Notes under the pieces: model-generated
The model's database searches: none
What the model was told of the DNA's origin: nothing
The model's input: the letters and a program-made list of their open reading frames with translations, nothing else
Program-made: the position numbers and the translations under genes
Part shown: one piece after another, positions 57,200-64,000 of the stretch
Layout of the letters: the number at the start of each line of letters is the position of its first letter
How positions within the stretch are numbered: position 1 is the first letter of the stretch
Assembly (NCBI RefSeq): GCF_009914755.1
Contig: NC_060928.1
Source of the DNA: the human T2T-CHM13v2.0 reference genome, Homo sapiens
Reading direction: 5' to 3' (one strand)
Length of the DNA: 64,000 bases

Positions 57200-57461
57200 C
57201 TACAGTCTCTTTTCCTTCTTTATGAACTTAACAAACGTTTGATAACCAAAAAAGCAACATTTTATGACAAATAGAATAACAATTGCCAAGGAAGGCCAGC
57301 ACATGCAGAGAGTAGTACTGGAACCTGGTGAAGTTGTGGGCAGTTGGCACAGGTACTTGGTTGCTTTTTGGTGTGTGACAAACTCAATCCAGAAGACTTC
57401 GTAGGGCTTCATAGGCTGAACGTAATGAATGATCAACAGCCATGTAACATTTTCTTTACAG
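57200..57461 (-). pseudogene. UGT2B-type pseudogene, exon 6 (last coding exon; TM segment and dilysine tail)
   Basis: Intact acceptor ttcctttag|C, then CKENVTWLLIIHYVQPMKPYEVFWIEFVTHQKATKYL. A shifted frame gives AHNFTRFQYYSLHVLAFL. The exon ends IVILFVIKCCFFGYQTFVKFIKKEKRL*. Confidence 0.92.
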
Positions 57462-57725
57462 CTAAAGGAAAATCAAACAGACGCCAACTTATAGAATCAA
57501 CTAGAAAAGATAAATATGTGAAAAATTTTTTGCAGAAGTTTAAAATGAGTGCCACATAAACATGGATGAAAACTAAAATATTTTATTTCAAGGTGGTTAT
57601 AGAGATTTTGATTTATGGACTAGAATTTGTTGGATGCATACGATTTCAAGATGTGAAGAGGGAACTTAAGAGACAACAAGTATTTCCAGCCTAGAGAGTG
57701 GAAGAAGTTAAAGCCAAAAGGAAAT

Positions 57726-57830
57726 TTATATATATACATATATATATATATGTATATATACACACATGTACATATATATACATGTATATATATATACATG
57801 TACATATATATACATGTATACATATATATC
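57726..57830. repeat. Imperfect (TA)n/(TACA) repeat in intron 5
   Basis: Directly visible. Confidence 0.85.
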
Positions 57831-59150
57831 ATTTGAGAGTACAGAAGTTTAATTATCTGCTTTAAAAATTGTTAATGGATGTTGTATACATGGTTGAAAA
57901 TAGTATCAAAGCCTAGAGGTAGGAGACAAACCTATGACAAGGTTCAGGTACACTTCCAGGCAAAGCTAATAAGAAGTCGGTATTGACCATGAATTAGTAT
58001 TGACATTATGTCCGTGGATTAATGTTTAAAAGCATAAAACTGGTTGGATTTAGTTTGAATCTTAGAATACTTGGTAGAATTATCCTCACTATAAAGGGGT
58101 TCTCAGTAAATACTTGCTATTATTACTCTTTTTCTTGTATTGTGGTTTGTAGAATCTAAGTGGTGCTCAATATTTTACTTTGAGGCATTGTACTTCCATT
58201 TGTTTCTGCTGTTGAAATAATTATTGACTAATAGACAAAGAATAAGAATACATGTAAGTATTTGGCTTACCATATCAAAACCAAAAAGTGCTATAGAGAA
58301 GAAGCCTCATATTTCTGTTTTGAGACATTTTGGCAACTTATTTCTTTCAAGTCAATTATTTTCTGATTTTATTTTTTTTCAAAAAAAGCAACCACAGCTA
58401 TAAAAACAAAGAATATAGCTACATTTATACTAGTATCTTCTTTTTATAATAATTTTAAAAAGTCAAGTTTGAAAGCTCTGGTAGTTTACAATTTATCAGT
58501 GATAGGAACAAAATGTTAGCATAAAAACTTTGGAAGGCATTAAATATAATGGGAATTAGAGTTTGATTATGTCATGCTAATTTAATGAAAATGAATTAGT
58601 TTTAAAGAGTTTTAAACATAAGGGAAAATGTGTAACTAATATGAAATCCTGTATGTTTATTTGCTTCACTATGGTACAATTTTTACTATGTATTTGTATC
58701 CCATAACATCACTTTGTATGTCTTCAATATACAAAATAAAATTTATTTAAAATGAACATTTGATGAGCTCTAATGCGGAAAGACCTGCATAAATTAGTCA
58801 GTACTGTCATGACATTCATGGCTCCCAGCTTCAGGTTTGTTCTCAATTTTCCTCATAATCCTTCTGTTACCATCATCAGCAATTTCTCTTATTTCACTTT
58901 TCAGTTATTTCATAACTGATGCACTATCCTAAAACCTCTGACAAATGTTTCCACTAAAACCACACATACACACACACAAAACAGATTGTGACACTCACAA
59001 TGGTTTATTGACTATTGTCTTCAAGCATTAGAAAATACATACATGTACTCAGCATTGTGTTCATGTTCAGAGTCACTGCTGCTCCCTCGGTCTTCATGTA
59101 AGAACTCATCAATCCATGCTATGTAGTTTAAAAAAACCCTGTACATTCAT

Positions 59151-59373
59151 GAAGGATCTTTAATGACTGCTTTTAATGCATTGAGCAAATCTGTAGTTGA
59201 CATTGTTTTTGTGTCCAGTCTGATAGCTTCTCCCCTAGCCTTCATGTGAACAGTGTTATCAGGTTGATCTGCAAACAAAGGAAGCCCCCTCCACATAGGG
59301 ATCCCATGGTAGATCCTCTCATAGGTGCCGTTGGCTCCACCATGAGTTATGAAAGCTTTGGTTTTTGGATGAT
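59151..59373 (-). pseudogene. UGT2B-type pseudogene, exon 5 (UDP-sugar-binding signature region)
   Basis: [74 protein letters not shown]; 223 nt (canonical 220 + 3); acceptor AG lost (atccttg|atcat) and donor GT changed to AT (TC|atgaat). Confidence 0.95.
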
Positions 59374-60049
59374 CAAGGATTTGATGAATATTTGAATAAT
59401 TACTCATTATAAGTCTTAGAAATAAAACGAGCAATGCACAATATGAGGCAATGAAACGGGCAGTGTTCTCTAGATAACAAATTACTGTTACAGTAAAACT
59501 GCATTAAAATTGCTTTAGATCTCAGAGGAAGAAGCACCTCTGGGGCTTTAAGTGAAGGCTCCACAAGTGGTATGTGACTTGAGGCTTGAGAAATGAATAG
59601 AAGATTGTCAAGTGGACAAATAGAGCACACTGTGGATAAACAAAACTGCATATACCCCACTCCAGCCCCCCAAAAGCAGGATGCATACTGGAACATGATC
59701 TCTTAGAGAAATAGTAAAGTCACTGAGTGTGATAGGGGATGTTGTCCAGGGCAGCAGGGAGTGGGGTGGTGGTGGTGCTTGAATAGAAGGACAGGCCATA
59801 CTCCATCACAAAATGCATTAACACCTTATGATAAAGACTGGGGATTTATTCCCATAGAAAATACAGTCACTGATAATAAAAGAAGAGCTGCTTTTTTTAG
59901 TTGTATTTGAAATATTTATATATTAGGAGAAAGGGTAGGTGTAACATTCAAAGTAGGAGACAGACAAACCAGAATATTATTGAAAAATTATCTATGCAAT
60001 GTAACAACACTAGAAATAAAGGTAGTTTGTTTCTGGCCGTAAATAATAT

Positions 60050-61633
60050 TGTGTCCAGAATTTGTGGGTTCTTGGTCTCACTGACTTCAAGAACGAAGCT
60101 GCGGACCCTCGCGGTGAGTGTTACCAGTTCTTAAAGATGCTGTGTCCGGAGTTTATGGTCTCGCTGGCTTCAGGAGTGAAACTGCAGACCTTCCTGGTGA
60201 GTGTTACAGCTCTTCAGGCGGCGCATCTGGATCCGTTGGTTCCTCCTGTCCGGAGCTGTTCATCCCTCTGGGTGGGTTAGTGGTCTCGCTGGCCTCAGGA
60301 GTGAAGGTGCAGACCTTCACAGTGAGTGTTAGAGCTCATAAAGGCGGCACAGACCCAAAGAGTGAGCAGCAGCAAGATTTATCTCAAAGAGCGAAATAAA
60401 AACCTTCCACGGGGTGGAAGGCGACCTGAGCAGGTTGCCAATGCTGGCTACAGCAGCCTGCTTTTATGCCCTTATCTGACCCCACCGACATCCTGCTGAT
60501 TGGTCCATTTTACAGAGCAGTGATTGGTCCATTTTACACAGAGCTGATTGGTCCATTTTACACAGAGCTGATTGGTCCATTTTGACAGGGTGCTGATTGT
60601 TGTGTTTACAAACCTTGAGCTAGACACAGAGGGCTGATTGTTGCATTTACAATCCTTTAGCTAGACACAAAAGTTCTCCTAGTCCCCACTAGATTAGCTA
60701 GACACAGAGGACTGATTGGTGCATTTACAAACCTTGAGCTAGACACAGAGTGCTGATTGGTACATTTACAATCCTTCAGCTAGACACAAAAGTTCTCCAA
60801 GTCCCCACTAGATTAGCTAGACACAGAGTACTGATTGGTACATTTATAAACCTTGAGCTAGACACAGAGCACTGACTGGTGCATTTACAAACCTTGAGCT
60901 AAACACAAAGTGCTGATTGGTGCATTTACAATCCTCCAGCTAGACATAAAAATTCCATAAGTTCCCACCAGATTAGCTAGATACAGAGTGCTGACTGGTG
61001 CATCCACGAACCCTGAGCTAGACAAAGAGGGCGGGCCGATTGGTGTATTTACAATCCTCCGGCTAGACATAAAAGTTCTCCAAGTTCCCACCCCACTCAG
61101 GAACCCAGCTGACTTTGCCTAGTGGATCCCGCTGGGAGGTCGCGGGGCAGGTCTGCCTGCCAGTACCTGCCGTGCACCCACACTCCTCAGACCTTGGGCC
61201 ATGGATGGGACCGGGCACCATGAAGCAGAGGGTGGCGCTCCCTGGGGAGGGGCTCAGGCATGGCAGACTGCAGGTCCTGAGCCCTGCCCCGTGGGAAGGC
61301 GGCTGAAGGGTGACAATTGGAGCACGGCATGGGTAGGCCAGCAGTGCTGGGGCACCTGGTGCACCCTCCACAGCTGCTGGCCCCGGTGCTAAGCCCCTCA
61401 CTGCCCAGGGCGGGCGGCACCAGCAGCTCCAAGTGTGGGGCCGCGAGCCGGCGCCCACCAAGAACTCGCGCTGGCCCACAAGCGCCCTGCCCAGCCCAGG
61501 TTCCCACCCGCACTTCTCCCTCCACACCTCCGCGCAAGCAGAGGGAGCCAGCTCTGGCCTCAGCCAGCCCAGAGAGGTGCTCCCACTGTGTAGCGGTGGG
61601 CTGAAGGGCTCCTCAAGCTTGGCCAGACTGTGT
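60050..61633 (-). mobile_element. LTR12 (ERV9) solo LTR, LTR12C/D/E-type, missing about 70 bp of its 5' end, in intron 4 of the pseudogene
   Basis: tgtgtccagaatttgtgggttcttggtctcactgacttcaag is the reverse complement of the LTR12 3' end; tandem gctagacacagag/gctgattgg units 60490-61080 contain nine ATTGG (CCAAT) boxes; GC-rich U3 61100-61630. Confidence 0.93.
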
Positions 61634-61771
61634 ATGATAAAATGCTAACTGTTGTAGTTTATCATGTTTTTCCCCAGGACTGGAATATTAATGTAACGAA
61701 GTTAGATTTTGAGTTTTTAAATAATAAATGGTGAAACAGTTTTCTGTTGAACCATTTTCATCCTGTTTGGC

Positions 61772-61842
61772 TGATACCCACTTGTACAGCTGAGTATTGG
61801 TACTAACGTATCTGATTTCCTGTCACCAAATTTCCGTAGAAC
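61772..61842 (-). pseudogene. UGT2B-type pseudogene, exon 4 remnant (3'-truncated)
   Basis: Minus strand GTTCTACGGAAATTTGGTGACAGGAAATCAGATACGTTAG-TACCAATACTCAGCTGTACAAGTGGGTA reads VLRKFGDRKSDTL / TNTQLYKWV, matching VLWRFDGKKPDTLG.NTRLYKWI. It has a 1-nt deletion, the acceptor reads tg, and QNDLL plus the donor are missing. Confidence 0.85.
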
Positions 61843-61864
61843 CATACAGATAAGGGACTCTAAC

Positions 61865-62090
61865 GATGATAGGACAGGGACACATAGAGGGCCACAACAC
61901 ACACTGGGGCTTTTCAGAGGGTGGAAGTTGTGAGGAGGGAGAGGATCAGGAAAAATAACTAGTGGGTACTAGGCTTAATACCTGGGTGATGAAATAATCT
62001 GTACAACAAACCCCCATGACAAAAGTTTACCTGTGGAACAAACCATCACTTGTACCCCTGAACTTAAAGTGAAAGTTTAAAAAAAAAAAG
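61865..62090 (+). mobile_element. L1PA13-16-like 3'UTR end
   Basis: gagggagaggatcaggaaaaataact..gggtactaggcttaatacctgggtgatgaaataatctgtacaacaaaccccc..; A tail. Confidence 0.85.
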
Positions 62091-62230
62091 TACCTTGTCA
62101 TATGAGTCAAATTCAAATTACAGCATATTTGTAAGATTTCTAAAATGATAAAGAGATAAATGCCTTCCATAAAGCTGGTAAGGATATGAGGACAGGATAG
62201 GTTAAGTAACAGAGCTACAGAAGACTGAAG

Positions 62231-62236
62231 TAAATA

Positions 62237-62275
<39 letters not shown>

Positions 62276-62276
62276 A
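62231..62276. repeat. (TAAA)n microsatellite
   Basis: Directly visible. Confidence 0.9.
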
Positions 62277-62351
62277 ATGGTTGGTGTAAAAGTAATTGCA
62301 GTTTTTTAAAAAGTAATGTCAAAAACCTCAATTACTTTTGCACCAACCTAT
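62277..62351. mobile_element. MADE1 (Hsmar1-derived MITE)
   Basis: Palindromic ggttggtgtaaaagtaattgc...caattacttttgcaccaaccta, about 75 bp. Confidence 0.88.
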
Positions 62352-63289
62352 TTTTTATTTATTTTTACATTAAATTAGGTTAAATGCAATCGTGATGTTT
62401 CACACATAGTGACTTAGACAAATAAGATAATAAGTGATAAATTCAAGCATTTAAGTAATTGTTAAGCAGTCATAATTCTAATGTAAAGCAGAGTAATTAC
62501 TAATGGTCTACACCTTTTTAATTAATGTATTTACCATAGTCACTTTCATCTGCCAAATTTAATATTAAGCTTTTTATTTTAAAATCAATTAAATTGGAGA
62601 GAATTTACTTATATTCACTTATTCCATAAGTTAGAGTCTGACAGCTGATGATTTACAAAAAATCAAATCTATGCAATCATTTATGTATGAGAACTAAATG
62701 AATTCTGCTTAGAAATTACATATAACTTGTTTCTAATTACAAATTACTAAGCATTTCTTCCATAAAAAATTCAAGTGACATTTTCACATATATTCAGAAT
62801 ATTATCATATTTGTTAGCATTGTAAATTCTTTAAATATAGGAAAGACTGATTGATAGTTCATAAATGATAGGGCAGTTGAAAATTTTCCAAAATTGTGAT
62901 GATGCTAAAGTTTGTTCAACTTGCTGTTAACTTTTCGGTGACAAACTACAAAACGTTGACAGCAGTGATCATTATGGTCATCTATAGCTAAGCCATTTGG
63001 TATATGCCTAATACCAAAATGAAGTACTGATTTTGGAGTTACCAAACAATCTTCATAGAGTATAATGAACACATTTTAACATATATTTGCTATATAAGTA
63101 TTAAATGTAACTTCAGATTTGCAGCAAAAAAATAGTAAAGGTGATTACAGGAAGGCTATATAGGATGTAAAACTAAAGAATACCTCATAAATATTCAAAA
63201 CAATATTTAGATCAAAGCTGTATTGTACATATTAGAAAGTTAGTTATTACTATAATTTATGGGGTATCTGAACCTCTCTCCCTACCTGG

Positions 63290-63506
63290 CTTCCTTCTAC
63301 TTGACTCCTCCTCCTCCTCCTCCTTCTTTCTTCTTCTTCTCCTTCTACTTCTCTTCTTTCTCTCCCTCTTCTTTTCTTCTGTTCTGTTCTCTTCTCCTTC
63401 TCCTTCTCCTTCTCCTTCTCCTCCTTCTCCTTCTCCTCCTTCTCCTCCTCCTCCTCCTCCTTCTTCTTCTGCTTCTTCATCTTCTTCCTCCTCCTCCTCC
63501 TCCTCT
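63290..63506. repeat. Polypyrimidine (CTT/CTC/CTCCTT)n tract at the tail position of an Alu
   Basis: About 215 bp of almost pure C/T on +. Confidence 0.9.
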
Positions 63507-63508
63507 AC

Positions 63509-63786
63509 TATTTGAGATAGGGTCTCACATTATCACTCAGGCTGAAGTGCAATCATAGCTCACTGAAACCTCAAACTCCTGGGCTCAATCAGTCCTCCTA
63601 AATCAGCCTTCTGAGTAGCTAAGACCACAGATATGTACCTGTATTTCCTGCTAATTTTCTTTTTGCTTGTTTTTAGAGATGAGATATTGCTATGTAGCCC
63701 AGTTTGGTCTGGAACTCCTGGGCTCAACGGATCCTCCCACCTTGGTTGCCCAAAGTGCTGGAATTAAGCATGAGCCACTGCACCTG
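63509..63786 (-). mobile_element. AluJ
   Basis: tttgagatagggtctcac..caatcatagctcactg..ctcctgggctcaa..cccaaagtgctgg..catgagccactgcacctg. Confidence 0.88.
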
Positions 63787-64000
63787 TTCTTGATTCTTCC
63801 TTATAGTCAGTTTTCAGGATGGTTTTCAGATACAAGTGGTTAAATTACTTGATGTTTATAATATACTCAGTGTACATTTTCTCTGTCTTTTTCTGTCAGG
63901 CAGCTATGATGTTGAGACGCAAATTTTACAATGATGCTTTACTGAGCTGTTTTATAGGCATGGCATAAGGCAGAAAATACCAGCTCTGATAAGATAAAAC

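Noticed and set aside
59147-59434. 95-aa ORF as an intact UGT CDS
   Set aside because: Only exon 5 is homologous; the N-terminal 21 aa are intronic, both splice sites are mutated and the stop comes from the dead donor.
60490-61080. Regularly spaced repeats resembling a CRISPR array
   Set aside because: The 'spacers' are themselves repeated, there are no cas genes and the context is primate. These are the known LTR12 U3 CCAAT tandem units.
63250-63558. Poly-Leu and Glu/Lys-rich ORFs
   Set aside because: Translation artefacts of the CTT/CTC microsatellite.
62350-64000. Exon 3 of the UGT2B-type pseudogene
   Set aside because: I searched for the [21 protein letters not shown]-type sequence and found none; it is probably beyond the window or deleted.

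Overview
Primate (very probably human) genomic DNA from a UDP-glucuronosyltransferase UGT2 cluster (in human, chr4q13). I see no intact protein-coding gene, RNA gene or CRISPR array. Two separate unprocessed UGT2 pseudogenes lie in tandem on the minus strand. The first is a UGT2A3-like exon 1 (about 2473-3225; frameshift, two stops, canonical donor lost). The second is exons 4, 5 and 6 of a diverged UGT2B-type gene (about 57200-61842). The ~54 kb between them is mostly transposable elements: a two-LTR ERV-L provirus with two LTRs nested inside it, a full-length Tigger1, several L1s (two twin-primed), solo LTRs (MER4, MER52A, LTR28-like, MaLR, LTR12), Alus, a hAT remnant and a MADE1. The most notable signals are (i) a twin-primed L1PA carrying a TSD-bounded ~157-bp 3' transduction, (ii) a sense LTR12 promoter aimed at the pseudogene's last exons, whose exon 6 stays open through compensating frameshifts, (iii) a dense hepatocyte TF-motif cluster at about 53.7-53.9 kb, (iv) DUX4-type motifs in the nested ERV-L LTRs, (v) a locally templated duplication inside ERV-L pol, and (vi) a tail-less internal L1 insertion without a TSD. 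I found no evidence for a wholly new biological system. Repeat subfamily names come from remembered consensus sequences and need RepeatMasker/Dfam confirmation.
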